A stretch of 64,000 nt of DNA from Verrucomicrobiia bacterium (GCA_963664225.1 OY760937.1:1312001-1376000), one strand, 5' to 3'; positions 21,594 to 33,277 are shown, counted from the stretch's first letter. Made by a program: numbers and translations. The notes: generated from the sequence alone by a model not told the origin.

Positions 21594-23120
21594 ATGAAAA
21601 AGATATTAGAACAGTTAAGAAAACGGATGCCCGTTGTAGTTCTGACCAGTGCCATGGCGTTGGCGGGAACAGCATTGGGCTTTAGCATCAAGGCGGCTGA
21701 AGGAAACAGTTCCAAGTCAGCCCCTGTGAATGTACCGGTGGACCAGACACCTGTGCCGCGGGACACGCTGCCACGCGGTAGTTTTGCGCCCATCGTGAAA
21801 CAAGTTGCACCTGGGGTTGTAAAAATTACAACGACTTCTGCCAACAATAACTCCGCTTTTCAGCAAAGCCCGGGGCTCGAAGATCCCTTCCTATGGCGGT
21901 TTTTTGGGGATCATTTCGGCCAGATGGCTCCGCCGAACCAACCAGGTCCGCTGCGCGAACATGGTTTGGGATCTGGCGTCGTTGTTACCAAGGATGGTTA
22001 CATCCTCACCAATAACCATGTTGTGGATCATGCCACCGATGTTAAGGTCACTTTGCAGGATGGTCGGGAGTTCACCGCCAAAGTTATTGGCCGTGATTCA
22101 AAATCGGACATCGCAGTTGTAAAGATAGAAGCAAAGGATCTGCCTGTCGTGCCCATGGCCGATAGTGACAAGGTCCAAGTTGGCGATGTCGCTCTGGCCA
22201 TTGGCAATCCATTCGGGGTAGGCCAAACTGTCACCGAAGGCATCGTCAGCGCCATTGGCAGAGGAAATATGGGCATCGAAGACTACGAGGACTTTATCCA
22301 AACCGATGCGGCCATTAACCCCGGCAATTCAGGCGGCGCATTGGTGGATATAGACGGCCGCTTAATAGGTATTAACACTGCCATCATGAGCCGGTCCGGC
22401 GGCAGCCAGGGTGTCGGTTTCGCGATTCCCTCGGACCTCGCCCACAAGGTGATGGATAGTCTCATCCAGTACGGCCACGTCACGCGTGGTTATCTGGGTG
22501 TGATGATCCAGGATGTCACCCCCACGCTGGCCAGAGAGTTTAAATTAAAAAACACCACTGGCGCACTTGTCAGCGATGTCGTGCCAGATGGCCCCGCGTC
22601 GAAAGCCGGATTAAAGGATGGAGACGTGGTGCTGGAATTCAATGGCAAACTTGTAACTGACAGCCGACGCCTGAAACTCACGGTTGCAGAAACCAATCCC
22701 GGTTCAACCATACCGGTAAAAATCTGGCGGGACGGTTCAACTGAAACGCTCCAAGTCACCGTCAAACAGTTGCCAGGAACCGAGCAACTCGCTCAAAACA
22801 ACGTGGATAACAATAAGGATTCGGGCACCCTCAACGGCGTAGCCGTAAGCAACCTGGACCCGCAGACGCGCCAGCAATTCAATGTGCCTGTAAAGGTTAA
22901 TGGAGCGGTCATCACCGAAGTGGAGCCAAATTCCGCAGCCGCCGAAGCTGGTTTGAAACCCGGCGAAGTGATTGAGGAAATCAACCGACATACGGTGAAC
23001 AACGCCGAGGATGCGGTAAAGCTGACTGAAAACACCAAAGACAAGCACACCTTGGTGCGTGTTTGGGATAAAGGCGGAAGCCATTACGTCGTTGTAGATG
23101 AAAGCCGTCAAAACGGTTAG
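21594..23120 (+). CDS. degP: Do/DegP/HtrA serine endoprotease with two PDZ domains
   Basis: TNNHV, SDIAV, INPGNSGG; signal peptide; two PDZ domains. Confidence 0.95.
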   Translation: MKKILEQLRKRMPVVVLTSAMALAGTALGFSIKAAEGNSSKSAPVNVPVDQTPVPRDTLPRGSFAPIVKQVAPGVVKITTTSANNNSAFQQSPGLEDPFLWRFFGDHFGQMAPPNQPGPLREHGLGSGVVVTKDGYILTNNHVVDHATDVKVTLQDGREFTAKVIGRDSKSDIAVVKIEAKDLPVVPMADSDKVQVGDVALAIGNPFGVGQTVTEGIVSAIGRGNMGIEDYEDFIQTDAAINPGNSGGALVDIDGRLIGINTAIMSRSGGSQGVGFAIPSDLAHKVMDSLIQYGHVTRGYLGVMIQDVTPTLAREFKLKNTTGALVSDVVPDGPASKAGLKDGDVVLEFNGKLVTDSRRLKLTVAETNPGSTIPVKIWRDGSTETLQVTVKQLPGTEQLAQNNVDNNKDSGTLNGVAVSNLDPQTRQQFNVPVKVNGAVITEVEPNSAAAEAGLKPGEVIEEINRHTVNNAEDAVKLTENTKDKHTLVRVWDKGGSHYVVVDESRQNG

Positions 23121-23158
23121 TCCCAATACGACAAATTAAATCCGCCTACGCGAATCGC

Positions 23159-23192
23159 CGCAAAGGGGCAGAAATCATTCTGCCCCTTTGCG
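23159..23192. terminator. Strong hairpin between convergent transcription units
   Basis: CGCAAAGGGGCAGAA-ATCA-TTCTGCCCCTTTGCG, perfect 15-bp stem. Confidence 0.75.
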
Positions 23193-23575
23193 TCAAATGC
23201 GTTTCGATTTCGATCCGCTTGAAACGGCCCTTTCAACCCCCACTCCATTACACAGCATTCCTCCATAAAAGAGATACATTCTGGTTGTGTGACCGTTTTA
23301 AGCTTTTCGGTCGATGGGGATACCTACCCGCATTTTTCCGGCGTGATTGGGAATGGCGACGGAGAAAATGCTGCATCCTTGTTATCCACGTAGACGAAAT
23401 CGATTCCTTAATACGGAGGAAAGGCCGCAAGTTCCAGTCGCTTCCAATGAAATAAATTCTCCGAGATGGCCAGAAAAACCCGTGGGCCAATGGACGAGAG
23501 CACGTCGTAGGTCATTACATAACGTTGGAACGGCTCTGCGAACATGATGCGCGGTTCCTCACAGCCACCGCCGCG

Positions 23576-23839
23576 CTAAGGCACCCGCTCGTAATCCGTT
23601 TTTGGTTCAAGCGCAGTGCCGATTCGCTCAACTCTTAACGGATCGCCGGACTCATTGAATTTGATGCGGTCAATGCCAATGCGCGAAATATTGCTCTGCG
23701 CAACAAGCCAGGGAAACAGGTAACGCTGTCGGTCATGGCCAAGAGCGGCTGTCCGATTCAGGACACCCTCGATTTTCATCGGATTGCCCGGTTCCGCCTC
23801 CGTGATTTGTTTGAGGTGCTTCAATTGAAAGCCGCTCAT
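23576..23839 (-). CDS. Hypothetical protein or gene remnant
   Basis: ATGA overlap with the upstream HAD stop codon; no recognisable family. Confidence 0.35.
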   Translation of the reverse strand: MSGFQLKHLKQITEAEPGNPMKIEGVLNRTAALGHDRQRYLFPWLVAQSNISRIGIDRIKFNESGDPLRVERIGTALEPKTDYERVP

Positions 23840-24618
23840 CGTTTCGACTCCTTGGAAGATTTTGTGGGTGGAACGCGGTCCAAACAAGCGACAATGGCTT
23901 CAATCACCCGTTTCGACTCGTTCGGGTCGCGGACCCGGATTGAAAGAACACCTGCTTCTTTCGCCGGATAGTCGTTGCCACCAGGAAACAAGGCATCGCC
24001 GATAAAAATCATCTCCTCGATTGCTATACCCAAAATGTTCCGGAGCTTTCGAATCCCGTAGGCTTTATCAATGCCCGGTTTAGTAACGTCAACGGATGTC
24101 GTCCCTCCCAGCCGCACGGAAAACTCGGGGATCAGTTTATCAAGGAGTTCCTTGAGCTTTTTCCGCTTTGCGAAGTCAGGGTCCCATTTTTTCTTTTCCT
24201 CGATGGGTGCCTGCTGTCCTAACGCCGAGAACGTAATCTGACTTCCCCGGTCTTCAATGGTTTCTCCCCAGACCTTTTCAGCTTTGAAACCCGCTGCTTC
24301 AAGCGCCTCTTTTAACGAACCGATGATTTTCGTTTTTTCGACCGCTGTGAAATCTTCCGAGTAGATCTTTTTCCAATCCCCTGCGTATTGGTAGAACTTT
24401 GTTCCACAGGTGGGAAGGAGAGACAGATTCTTCAGCCGTTCGTCGTGGGGAAGATTGGAGAGTACTTGCTTTTCAAACTGAGGCCAATCGCCACCGGAAA
24501 TCACGGCAACTTTCACAATTCCCAGCAGAGCGGTGAGCAGCTTGGTCATCTCGGCGTCAAGGGATGCTTTGCTTTCGGCGAGCGTGCCATCCAGATCGAA
24601 GACAATGAGCCTTTTCAT
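23836..24618 (-). CDS. HAD-IIB hydrolase, phosphomannomutase-like
   Basis: FDLDGTL, EDRGSQITFS, GGTTSVD, IDKAYG, GDALFPGGND. Confidence 0.9.
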   Translation of the reverse strand: MKRLIVFDLDGTLAESKASLDAEMTKLLTALLGIVKVAVISGGDWPQFEKQVLSNLPHDERLKNLSLLPTCGTKFYQYAGDWKKIYSEDFTAVEKTKIIGSLKEALEAAGFKAEKVWGETIEDRGSQITFSALGQQAPIEEKKKWDPDFAKRKKLKELLDKLIPEFSVRLGGTTSVDVTKPGIDKAYGIRKLRNILGIAIEEMIFIGDALFPGGNDYPAKEAGVLSIRVRDPNESKRVIEAIVACLDRVPPTKSSKESKR

Positions 24619-24621
24619 GGG

Positions 24622-25320
24622 CTAGGGTCCTTCCGGAAACGCAATCTCCCGCAAGCTAACAGAACCATATGGTCGGCACAAATATGCTCCGACATCGACC
24701 AGTAAAAGCATCACGTTGTTGTTTTCCTGCACTTCAAAAAGCGCAACATCGCCCAGCGAGTGAACCGTTCCATCTGTTATGCAATTTCCGCCACCAGGCT
24801 TTGGCACTAAGAATGCGAGATGGTCCGTCACATTCCCACTTAAGATCGCCTGCCATAGAGTATCGGTCGCGGTGGCCGGCTTGAGACCCGCGTAGATACA
24901 GCTTTTGAATCCCGCCTCCAGCACAACCCAGGCTTCGGTTTTGCTGGTCTCGCGCACAGGGAGATGGTTCTTTTGTTGATCCGGTGGATGCACTTGCAAT
25001 GAGAACGTTTCGCACGCATCAAGGAATTTCAGCGGCAGCGGGAATTGGCGGAAGCGCCTGGCCAGTTTTCCCAACAACTGCTCTGGCCACTGCGTCAGCA
25101 ATTGCCCGAGGGTCCGACCTTTGAGCGATCCATCATCAACGTGACTCGGATGGTCAGCGCGGTCGCTTAAAAGCCCTTCGCCGATGAGGCCATCGCTGGG
25201 CAATGGGATAGGGAGCAGATTGCCAACACGTCGCCCTCCCAAGAGCCGGTATTGGCAGGTCGGGTCAAATCGAAGCGGATAAATAGGTGGTTGATCCATG
25301 GCATGTCCCCTAGTTGTCAT
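24622..25320 (-). pseudogene. Degenerate, truncated type I mannose-6-phosphate isomerase
   Basis: SLQVHP and KTEAW retained; WGG changed to LGG, GEAW to GEGL, EVQQNSD to EVQENNN; C-terminal part missing. Confidence 0.7.
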
Positions 25321-25322
25321 GC

Positions 25323-26420
25323 CTATGTTCTTTCCATCGCGGCAGTGTATTCACCACGGCGCGCAGCGCGGTTGCATTTGGCTCGATGAAGCAGGGCCTG
25401 CTGTGCCGCCATCACATTGGCCTCTTTGCTTCGCCAAATCTCCAAAGCCGGTTGCTGGATGGCGCGGGCAAATGAAAACGCCAACGCCCACGGCAGTTGC
25501 GACTTGAATCGTAGATTCATGGCATTTAAACGAGCTGAGGCGAGTTCAGCGGATTGGCCGCCGGATAAAAAAGCAATCCCAGGAACCGCTGCGGGGACCG
25601 TTCGCCACAGACTTTTCACCGTGATGTTGGCCACCTCGTCAATATCTTGTTCCTCGTCCGGCTGCCGGTCGGTCAATCGCACCTGATACTGCTGTTCACC
25701 AACGCCGACTTCTTTGACTTCTCGGTGGGGGGGACAGGTCAATCCCGGCAATACCATGTTGGGCTTTAGAATTATTCCTTCCAGCAGCACGCGCTGGCAA
25801 TTCAACTGGATGAAAACATTTCGCAGGACTTCTTCAGTCACTTTGCGGCACCGTTCCAATGATTGATCGCCCTCCATGAGCACCTCCGGTTCGACAATCG
25901 GAACCATGCCAGCCTCCTGGCACAAAGCAGCGTAGCGTGCCAGCGCGTGCGCGTTGGCCTCTATGCAACTCCGGCTCGGAAGGCCATCGCCAATGGCAAG
26001 AACCGCACGCCACTTGGCGAACCGAGCGCCCATCTGAAAATACTCTTTGAGGCGGTCGCGTAATCCGTCCAGACCTTCGGTGATTTTCTCTCCGAGGTGA
26101 CCGGCCATTTCCTTCGCGCCCGTGTCCACTTTGATGCCAGGAATAATTCCCGCATCAGTGAGAATATTTATGAATGGAGTGCCATCCTTCTTCTGCTGGC
26201 GGATCGTCTCATCGAAGAGGATTGCGCCACTAATGAACTCGCCGAGACCGGGCGTGGTCACAATCAACTCCCGATAGTCGCGCCGGGCCTCGACGGTCTG
26301 CGGGATTCCCAGTTTCGCGAAGCGTTTGTTGCAGGTCGGATTACTTTCATCCATCGCCAGCAGGCCCTTGTCGACCGCGACCATTGCCCTCGCGGTGTTG
26401 GCAAGCTGTTGAGCATTCAT
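25323..26420 (-). CDS. Class I fructose-bisphosphate aldolase
   Basis: GLLAMDES, GIKVD, FAKWR, VPIVEPEV, LKPNMV Schiff-base Lys, FLSGGQS. Confidence 0.95.
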   Translation of the reverse strand: MNAQQLANTARAMVAVDKGLLAMDESNPTCNKRFAKLGIPQTVEARRDYRELIVTTPGLGEFISGAILFDETIRQQKKDGTPFINILTDAGIIPGIKVDTGAKEMAGHLGEKITEGLDGLRDRLKEYFQMGARFAKWRAVLAIGDGLPSRSCIEANAHALARYAALCQEAGMVPIVEPEVLMEGDQSLERCRKVTEEVLRNVFIQLNCQRVLLEGIILKPNMVLPGLTCPPHREVKEVGVGEQQYQVRLTDRQPDEEQDIDEVANITVKSLWRTVPAAVPGIAFLSGGQSAELASARLNAMNLRFKSQLPWALAFSFARAIQQPALEIWRSKEANVMAAQQALLHRAKCNRAARRGEYTAAMERT

Positions 26421-26444
26421 TTGTGTCGTTCGCGTCCGAAGCCG

Positions 26445-26807
26445 CTACACTTCACCCAACCACTTCCTCGCCTCAGCGGCGTCGGCGTGATCGAAGTAAC
26501 GAATCGTCGCTTTCGTGAACGGCTTGCAAAATGTCGCCATCCCTTCCTGCCATTTCTTCTCACCGACCACCGCCAGACAATCAATGTCGCTGAAATGATG
26601 CATCGCAAACTTCGTGTCCTCCCACAACGCGCCGGCTGTCCAGCCATGAAAGCCGGTCATATCGAACAGCACGCGCAGTTTTCCATGCAGCCCGACGAGC
26701 CGCTCGAACTCAGGCACGAAGTGCTCGTAATCTGCTTTCACCAACTTTCCGCTGACGTGGACGGCGAGCATCTTCCCGCCGTTTTCTTCGCTGAGGTTAA
26801 TGGGCAT
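26445..26807 (-). CDS. STAS/SEC14 (SpoIIAA-like) domain protein
   Basis: SGKL..ADY, FHGW...ALWED, AVVG, A..WL. Confidence 0.88.
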   Translation of the reverse strand: MPINLSEENGGKMLAVHVSGKLVKADYEHFVPEFERLVGLHGKLRVLFDMTGFHGWTAGALWEDTKFAMHHFSDIDCLAVVGEKKWQEGMATFCKPFTKATIRYFDHADAAEARKWLGEV

Positions 26808-29292
26808 GCTGGACTCCTTTGGTTTGTTTCACGTTATTATGTTTTCCATGTTTGCTCGCGCTGATCCGCCGTAACTTTAGTTCCGGCGCACACACCTTCT
26901 CCGCTGGCAATTTCCTTTTTTTCGTTTCACCCCGGCCCCACTTCCAATTCCGAATCTCCGGCAAATCCTGGCCGTGTTGATCAATATAATGCTTGTGCTC
27001 AATGAGCTTGTCCTGCATTTGTTGTTTCAAATAAGCGCCCTTGGAACCCAAATTAGGCAGGCGATCCACCACGTCTTGAACCAGATGAAAGCGGTCCAGC
27101 TTGTTCTGCACCCGCATGTCAAAGGCCGTTGTGATGGTGCCCTCTTCCACGTAGCCACGGACGTGAAGGTTGCGATTGGTCCGGCGGTAGGTCAGCCGGT
27201 GAACCAACCAGGGATATCCATGGAAGCCAAAAATGATGTGCTTATCCCTGGTGAAAAGTGAATCGTAATCCGTTTCGTTCAGTCCGTGTGGGTGTTCGCT
27301 CGCAGACTGGAGCTTCATCAGATCGACGACATTGATCACGCGAATTTTCAGATCGGGCAGATGCTCGCGAAGGATGGAAACAGCGGCCAGAATCTCCAGC
27401 GTGGGCGTGTCGCCGCAGCAGGCCATCACCACATCCGGCTCGGAGCCTTGGTCGTTGCTGGCCCATTGCCAGATTCCAATGCCTTCGGTGCAATGCACCA
27501 CGGCGGCATCCATCGTCAGCCATTGTGGCAGAGCGTGCTTTCCCGCAACCACCACGTTGACGTAATGCCGGCTCCGCAGGCAATGATCGAAGACTGACAA
27601 CAGGCAGTTCGCATCGGGCGGTAAATAAACGCGCACGATGTCAGCCTTCTTGTTGATGACGTGGTCAAGGAACCCGGGGTCCTGATGGGTGAACCCGTTG
27701 TGATCCTGCTGCCAGACGTGGGAGGCGAGAAGATAGTTCAGCGATGCAATTTTCCGCCTCCACGGGAGTTCCAAAGTCACCTTCAACCACTTGGCGTGCT
27801 GGCTGAACATCGAATCCACGATGCGGATGAAAGCCTCGTAGCTATTGAACAGCCCGTGCCGCCCGGTCAGCAAATAACCTTCCAACCAGCCTTCGCATTG
27901 GTGTTCGCTTAACATCGAATCCAGCACACGGCCCGCGGGCGCGAGAAATTCATCATTCTTCACTTCGCGCGCGTCCCATTGACGGTTGGTGACTTCAAAG
28001 ATCGCGCCCAGGAGATTCGAGAGCGTCTCATCGGGACCGAAGACGCGGAAATTATTTTGATTCAACTTTGCCACGTCGCGCAGAAAAGTTCCAAGCACCA
28101 TTGTATCTTGGCAGTCCACTGCCCCGGGCGATGGCACAGTCACAGCATGATCGTGGAAGTCTGGCATCCGCAAGTCGCGCAGCAATATTCCGCCATTGGC
28201 GTGGGGATTAGCGCCCATCCGCCGGTTGCCTTTTGGCGCAAGTTCTGCCAAGTCCGAATTGAGCCGACCATTTTTATCGAACAATTCTTCGGCCTTGTAA
28301 CTTTTCATCCAGCGTTCGAGTTGTTTGACGTGCTGGGGATGTTTGGCATCCACCAGCAGGGGCACTTGGTGCGCGCGGAATGTGCCTTCGACTTTCAGGC
28401 CATCCACTTCTTTTGGCCCCGTCCAGCCTTTCGGCGACTTGAGGACGATCATGGGCCAGCGCGGACGCGTGGTATCCTTCTTTTCCCGAGCAGCTTTTTG
28501 GATCTGTCGGATATCCTCGATGCACTTTTCCAAGACTGCAGCCATGAGTTTGTGCATTTTTTCCGGCTCGTCACCTTCCACGACGTAAGGCGTCCAGCCG
28601 CAACCGCGAAAATATTGTTCCAATTCGTCTGGCTCGATGCGGGCCAGAAGGGTCGGGTTGGAAATCTTGTAACCGTTGAGATGCAAAATCGGCAACACGG
28701 CACCGTCAGTGATTGGGTCGAGAAGCTTATTGGACTGCCAGGCTGTCGCCAGCGGTCCTGTTTCCGCTTCACCATCGCCAACAACACAGGCGACGATCAG
28801 GCCGGGATTGTCGAACGCCGCACCGAAAGCGTGCGACAATGAATACCCCAGTTCGCCGCCTTCGTGAATGGATCCCGGCGTCGTCGGTGCCACATGGCTG
28901 GAAATTCCACCGGGAAACGAGAATTGGGTAAATAATTTTTTCAGCCCGGCTTCGTCTTGCGTGATGTTCGGATAAACCTCACTCCAAGTGCCTTCGAGAT
29001 AGACATTGCCCACAATCGCCGGACCACCATGACCGGGACCAGCGACGTAGAACATATCCAAGTCATACTTTTTGATGACACGGTTCAAATGCACGTATAT
29101 GAAATTCTGTCCCGGCGTCGTGCCCCAGTGTCCGACCACAAGTGGCTTCACGTCCGAAAGTTTCAGCGGACGCTTCAGCAGCGGATTGTCGTAGAGGTAA
29201 ATCTGGCCGACCGACAGATAATTGGCCGCGCGCCAATAGGCGTCCATTTTGCGGAGCAATTCCGGCGTAAGAGCATTTGAATTTGCTTTCAT
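26797..29292 (-). CDS. xfp: Xylulose-5-P/fructose-6-P phosphoketolase
   Basis: [42 protein letters not shown]. Confidence 0.97.
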   Translation of the reverse strand: MKANSNALTPELLRKMDAYWRAANYLSVGQIYLYDNPLLKRPLKLSDVKPLVVGHWGTTPGQNFIYVHLNRVIKKYDLDMFYVAGPGHGGPAIVGNVYLEGTWSEVYPNITQDEAGLKKLFTQFSFPGGISSHVAPTTPGSIHEGGELGYSLSHAFGAAFDNPGLIVACVVGDGEAETGPLATAWQSNKLLDPITDGAVLPILHLNGYKISNPTLLARIEPDELEQYFRGCGWTPYVVEGDEPEKMHKLMAAVLEKCIEDIRQIQKAAREKKDTTRPRWPMIVLKSPKGWTGPKEVDGLKVEGTFRAHQVPLLVDAKHPQHVKQLERWMKSYKAEELFDKNGRLNSDLAELAPKGNRRMGANPHANGGILLRDLRMPDFHDHAVTVPSPGAVDCQDTMVLGTFLRDVAKLNQNNFRVFGPDETLSNLLGAIFEVTNRQWDAREVKNDEFLAPAGRVLDSMLSEHQCEGWLEGYLLTGRHGLFNSYEAFIRIVDSMFSQHAKWLKVTLELPWRRKIASLNYLLASHVWQQDHNGFTHQDPGFLDHVINKKADIVRVYLPPDANCLLSVFDHCLRSRHYVNVVVAGKHALPQWLTMDAAVVHCTEGIGIWQWASNDQGSEPDVVMACCGDTPTLEILAAVSILREHLPDLKIRVINVVDLMKLQSASEHPHGLNETDYDSLFTRDKHIIFGFHGYPWLVHRLTYRRTNRNLHVRGYVEEGTITTAFDMRVQNKLDRFHLVQDVVDRLPNLGSKGAYLKQQMQDKLIEHKHYIDQHGQDLPEIRNWKWGRGETKKRKLPAEKVCAPELKLRRISASKHGKHNNVKQTKGVQHAH

Positions 29293-29350
29293 GTTTCGCA
29301 ATCAAGTTACAGCCGCATCCTCCGCAGCCACAGAGGTTGCTGAACTGTTT

Positions 29351-29421
29351 CTTCGCTGTCGGCGTCCTGGCTGATGCGGGTTTGAGAAAGCGGGCCCGCC
29401 GCGATCTGCGCGCATGCCAAC
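29351..29421 (-). ncRNA. Candidate conserved structured 5' leader, copy A (xfp)
   Basis: GTTGGC...CGCG-CAGAT-CGCG, GCG-GGCC-CGC, TTTCTCAAA...GCCGAC-AGCGAAG; aligns with copies at 33175-33243 and 34258-34329. Confidence 0.5.
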
Positions 29422-29452
29422 TCTCATTTTACGCCGACGGGGCTGATTCGCT

Positions 29453-29470
29453 ATGGGGTGTTACCCCCAT
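29453..29470. promoter_or_regulatory. Palindromic box ATGGGGTGTTACCCCCAT upstream of xfp
   Basis: ATGGGG-N6-CCCCAT; minus-strand TAAAAT (29431-29426) lies 21 bp away. Confidence 0.72.
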
Positions 29471-29553
29471 GACTGTTCAACGCAGAGAAGAGTGATTTGT
29501 TTCCTGACGACCGTTACCCGGACTCTCGTTGAGTGACCGCTTTCACCACACAA

Positions 29554-31842
29554 TCACAGTTTCATTTTTCGCAGCCGCAAGGCGTTGCTGATCACGGAGA
29601 CGGAACTCAGGCTCATCGCAGCGCCGGCGATGATCGGGCTGAGCAGCCAACCGAAGATCGGGTAAAGCGCGCCCGCCGCCACCGGAATCCCCAGCGCATT
29701 GTAGAGAAAGGCGAAGACGAGATTCTGCCGGATGTTGCTCATCGTGGCGCGACTGAGGCGAATGGCCTGGGCAATGCCACGGAGGTCACCTTTCACGAGG
29801 GTGATGCCAGCACTTTGCATCGCCACGTCGGTGCCGGTGCCCATCGCGATGCCGACTTCTGCTTCGCTTAGCGCGGGCGCGTCGTTGATGCCGTCGCCGG
29901 CCATTGCAACGTGTTTGCCTTCCTCGCGCAACTTCTTGATGTGGTCGACTTTCCCGGCGGGTTCGACCTCCGCTTCCACCGCATCCAGGCCGAGTTGCTT
30001 CGCCACTGCGTCAGCCGTACGAAGGTTGTCGCCGGTGAGCATGACGAGTTTCAAACCGAGCTTGTGAAGTTCTTTGATGGCTTCCGCAGTGGTGGACTTA
30101 ATTGGGTCAGCCACAGCGAGAATGCCAGCAGGCTTTCCATCCACGGCGACGAACATCGCGGTATTGCCTTCTTCCTGGAGTTTTACCGCCGAAGCTGCGA
30201 GTGGCTCCAAACCAATAATCTTTTCGTTTCGCAGGAAGTCGGTTTTTCCAACCATCACTTGCCGACCATCGACATTTCCCACGACACCGCCCGCTGTCAC
30301 AGAACGAAAGTCTTTCACGTCAGCGAGCAGGAGGCTCTGCTCTTTCGCAGCCTGCACAATCGCAGCGGCGAGTGGGTGTTCGCTGTTCTGCTCCAATGAG
30401 GCGGCGAGACGCAGAAATTCCTTCGCGTCGAAACCGTCGGCGGGCAGCACATCCACGAGCTTGGGTTTACCCTCGGTGAGCGTGCCCGTCTTGTCCACGA
30501 CGAGCGTGGTGACTTTTTCCAACCGTTCGAGCGCCTCGGCGTTCTTCACGAGCACGCCTGCCTGTGCGCCGCGTCCGACGCCGACCATGATGGACATGGG
30601 CGTAGCCAGACCGAGGGCGCACGGGCATGCAATGATGAGCACCGCGACGGCGTTGACGATGGCGTGCGCGAGTTTTGGCTCCGGACCCAGCGACATCCAG
30701 ACAACGAAGGTAACCACCGAAACCGCCAGCACCACCGGGACGAAAATGGCCGCGACCTTGTCGGCGAGACCCTGAATGGGCGCGCGGCTGCGCTGGGCTT
30801 CGGCCACCATCTTCACGATCTGCCCGAGCAATGTGTCGTTGCCGACCCGTTCGGCCCGCATGACGAAACTGCCCGTGCCGTTGACGGTGCCGGCCGTGAC
30901 TTTATCGCCGACAGTTTTTTCCACCGGGAGCGGTTCGCCGGTGATCATGGATTCTTCCACGCTGGAGTGACCTTCAACCAGTGCGCCATCCACGGGTACC
31001 TTGTCACCGGGCACCACGCGTAACCAATCACCGACTTTCACCTGGTCGAGCGGGACTTCATGATCGCCACCGTCGGCGACTTGTCGCGCGGTGGGTGGAG
31101 CGAGGTTGATCAGCGCTTTGATGGCGCTGCCCGTGCGGCTGCGAGCGCGGAGTTCGAGCACTTGGCCAAGAAGGACCAGAACCGTGACCATCGCGGCGGC
31201 CTCAAAATAAATGCCGACCTTACCCTCATGCTGCATCGTGGTTGGGAACAGGCCGGGCGCCAGTATCGCTACCGCACTGAAGACGAATGCCGCACCCACG
31301 CCGATAGCAATCAGCGTGAACATGTTCAGGTGTACCGTCATGATGGAGCGCCAGCCGCGCTGGAAAAACGGCCAGCCCGCCCAGCAAACTACGGGCGTGG
31401 TCAGCGCAAATTGCAGCCAGCGTGAAGAATCGCTCATCACCCAGCCATCGCGACCAATCGCGGGGATCAGGTGTGCCATCGCGAGGACGAATACTGGCAA
31501 CGTCAGTGCGGCACCGATCCAGAAGCGCCGCGTCATGTCGCGCAGTTCGGTGTTCTCACCTTCTTCTGGGCTCGCAGTCCCCGTCTTTGGTTCGAGGGCC
31601 ATGCCGCACTTGGGGCAATCGCCGGGATGATCCTGCTCGATCTCCGGGTGCATCGGACAGGTGTAAATGGTTTTACCCTGCAGCTTCTCCTCCTTCTTCT
31701 CTTCGTATTTTGTGGTAGCGGGCGTTGACAGAAACGTTTTATGGCAGTGCTCGTTGCAAAAGTAAAACGTCTGTCCGTCGCGTTCAGCGTGGAGCGGCGT
31801 CGTTTCATCCACCGTCATTCCGCAAATGGGATCAATGGCCAT
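29554..31842 (-). CDS. copA: Cu(I)-translocating P1B-type ATPase with YHS and CPMHP metal-binding domains
   Basis: DPICGM, YTCPMHP, TGE, CPCALG, DKTGT, GDGIND, YN, MSLSS. Confidence 0.95.
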   Translation of the reverse strand: MAIDPICGMTVDETTPLHAERDGQTFYFCNEHCHKTFLSTPATTKYEEKKEEKLQGKTIYTCPMHPEIEQDHPGDCPKCGMALEPKTGTASPEEGENTELRDMTRRFWIGAALTLPVFVLAMAHLIPAIGRDGWVMSDSSRWLQFALTTPVVCWAGWPFFQRGWRSIMTVHLNMFTLIAIGVGAAFVFSAVAILAPGLFPTTMQHEGKVGIYFEAAAMVTVLVLLGQVLELRARSRTGSAIKALINLAPPTARQVADGGDHEVPLDQVKVGDWLRVVPGDKVPVDGALVEGHSSVEESMITGEPLPVEKTVGDKVTAGTVNGTGSFVMRAERVGNDTLLGQIVKMVAEAQRSRAPIQGLADKVAAIFVPVVLAVSVVTFVVWMSLGPEPKLAHAIVNAVAVLIIACPCALGLATPMSIMVGVGRGAQAGVLVKNAEALERLEKVTTLVVDKTGTLTEGKPKLVDVLPADGFDAKEFLRLAASLEQNSEHPLAAAIVQAAKEQSLLLADVKDFRSVTAGGVVGNVDGRQVMVGKTDFLRNEKIIGLEPLAASAVKLQEEGNTAMFVAVDGKPAGILAVADPIKSTTAEAIKELHKLGLKLVMLTGDNLRTADAVAKQLGLDAVEAEVEPAGKVDHIKKLREEGKHVAMAGDGINDAPALSEAEVGIAMGTGTDVAMQSAGITLVKGDLRGIAQAIRLSRATMSNIRQNLVFAFLYNALGIPVAAGALYPIFGWLLSPIIAGAAMSLSSVSVISNALRLRKMKL

Positions 31843-31904
31843 ATCCGTTAAGATTCAGTCAAAGTCCAACAATTCTTTTACTGTGAATCATTCTGAGCAG
31901 CCAA

Positions 31905-32291
31905 TCAGCCTGCAGCCGCTTCCGTCATGATTTTAACAATGGTGTTTTCCACTTCCTGCGCCACGTTTTTCAATTGCGGCGTGTGGAACAGCGTCAGCAG
32001 AGTGGTTGGTTTCAAGGTCGCCAGAGTGGTTTTACCATCCTCCTCATAAATGGAAATCCGGCAGGGCAACGCGGTGGAGACGCTCATGTTTTGCTCGAGC
32101 ACCTTCTTGGCCTGTTGCGGCTGGCAAACCTCGAAGATCAGACATTCGCGGGCGAACTCCACGCCCTTCTTATTCATGGTTTCTTTGAGGTTGTGAATTT
32201 GCATGACGCCAAAGTGATTGGCCTCAACGGCGGCCTGCAACGCAGCCGCAGTCTCGCTTACAGTTTTGTCCGTGGATAATCTGATCAACAT
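31905..32291 (-). CDS. DUF302 domain protein
   Basis: IFEVCQP..A, ALPCRISIYE. Confidence 0.88.
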   Translation of the reverse strand: MLIRLSTDKTVSETAAALQAAVEANHFGVMQIHNLKETMNKKGVEFARECLIFEVCQPQQAKKVLEQNMSVSTALPCRISIYEEDGKTTLATLKPTTLLTLFHTPQLKNVAQEVENTIVKIMTEAAAG

Positions 32292-32310
32292 AATATTTTT
32301 GGTTAAGAGT

Positions 32311-32877
32311 TCAATTTACGGGCGGGGAATTGGTTTCCGCAGTATGATGATGCGCTTCTTCACCAGTCGCAGTTCGCAGAGAATCCCGTTCCTGCGCGGT
32401 CAGCTCAGGCAGATGATGAATGAAGGCGACGATTTTCCAGATGTTTTCGTCGGTGTGCGTGGGACCGAAGGCAGGCATGGCAGTCATCCGGATGCCATGT
32501 TTGACGACCCAAAAGAGTTCTCCGTCCGGCGTGTCGTCCCCTCCCTTGCCCAGCGATGGCGCGGGCGGATTGATCCCCTTGGATAACTCGGCCCCGGCCA
32601 CGTCAGGAGCCCCATGGCAGATGACGCAATTCTCGCGATAATGGTCAAGTCCCGTGGCGATGGCTGCAGGATCGCCGGCAAAGGGATTTTTTTCCTTCGG
32701 AGCACGTTTTTCCACCGACCGATCAACCGCCCATGGCGCCAGCGTCCTTTCGATGAGTCCCGGCTTTACGTCCGCTCCCATGTTGATCGCCCCCATGGCC
32801 AGAACGAGGATCGGCACGAGGAGGGTGAGCAGAATGCCAACCACAAAACTCAACGGTATCAACCATTTGTTTTTCAT
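32311..32877 (-). CDS. Membrane-anchored c-type cytochrome
   Basis: CVICH, HGIRMTAMPAF, N-terminal TM, HHH near the C-terminus. Confidence 0.9.
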   Translation of the reverse strand: MKNKWLIPLSFVVGILLTLLVPILVLAMGAINMGADVKPGLIERTLAPWAVDRSVEKRAPKEKNPFAGDPAAIATGLDHYRENCVICHGAPDVAGAELSKGINPPAPSLGKGGDDTPDGELFWVVKHGIRMTAMPAFGPTHTDENIWKIVAFIHHLPELTAQERDSLRTATGEEAHHHTAETNSPPVN

Positions 32878-32900
32878 TTCGCTCCTTCCCCATTAGCGTT

Positions 32901-32972
32901 TCATTGAACGGCAACCTTGCAGGTAGTAGCCGTTTCGCTCACAGTTTTGTCCGTGTATAATTTGACCAGAAT
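32901..32972 (-). pseudogene. Remnant duplicate of the DUF302 gene 5' end
   Basis: ILVKLYTDKTVSETATT vs MLIRLSTDKTVSETAAA; shares ACAGTTTTGTCCGTG with the intact gene near 32260; start codon reads ATT; early stop. Confidence 0.7.
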
Positions 32973-33026
32973 ATATTTCCCTTCATGTTAAAATACTCGC
33001 TTCACGGGCGCATCGCGAACGAAAGA

Positions 33027-33152
33027 TTACTTCTTGGCCATCTTGCCAATCACGACGATCAGCAAGACCACCACCGCGATGCCAATCACCGCCATAATCC
33101 ATATTCCTCCGCCCCCCCATCCACCCATCCATCCGTCTGTATTGTTCATCAT
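33027..33152 (-). CDS. 41-aa single-TM microprotein with Met/Gly/Trp-rich N-terminus
   Basis: Hand translation MMNNTDGWMGGWGGGGIWIMAVIGIAVVVLLIVVIGKMAKK; absent from the ORF track; first gene after the conserved promoter-leader. Confidence 0.75.
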   Translation of the reverse strand: MMNNTDGWMGGWGGGGIWIMAVIGIAVVVLLIVVIGKMAKK

Positions 33153-33174
33153 ATTCTGTTACTTTCGGTTTGTA

Positions 33175-33243
33175 CTTCGCCGTTGACACCCGGCTGATAG
33201 GGCATTTGAGAAACCCGATGCACATCGGTTTTCACTGGTGCTC
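33175..33243 (-). ncRNA. Candidate conserved structured 5' leader, copy B (copper module)
   Basis: Hairpin AACCGATG-TG-CATCGGGTT, then TTTCTCAAATGCC, ATCAGCC, GTCAAC-GGCGAAG. Confidence 0.45.
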
Positions 33244-33277
33244 ACATTCACATTGCTTCAGCGTGTGCGGCTTCGCT

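Noticed and set aside
23314..23331. ATGGGGATACCTACCCGC
   Set aside because: No matching -10 at 21-23 bp and no credible downstream gene.
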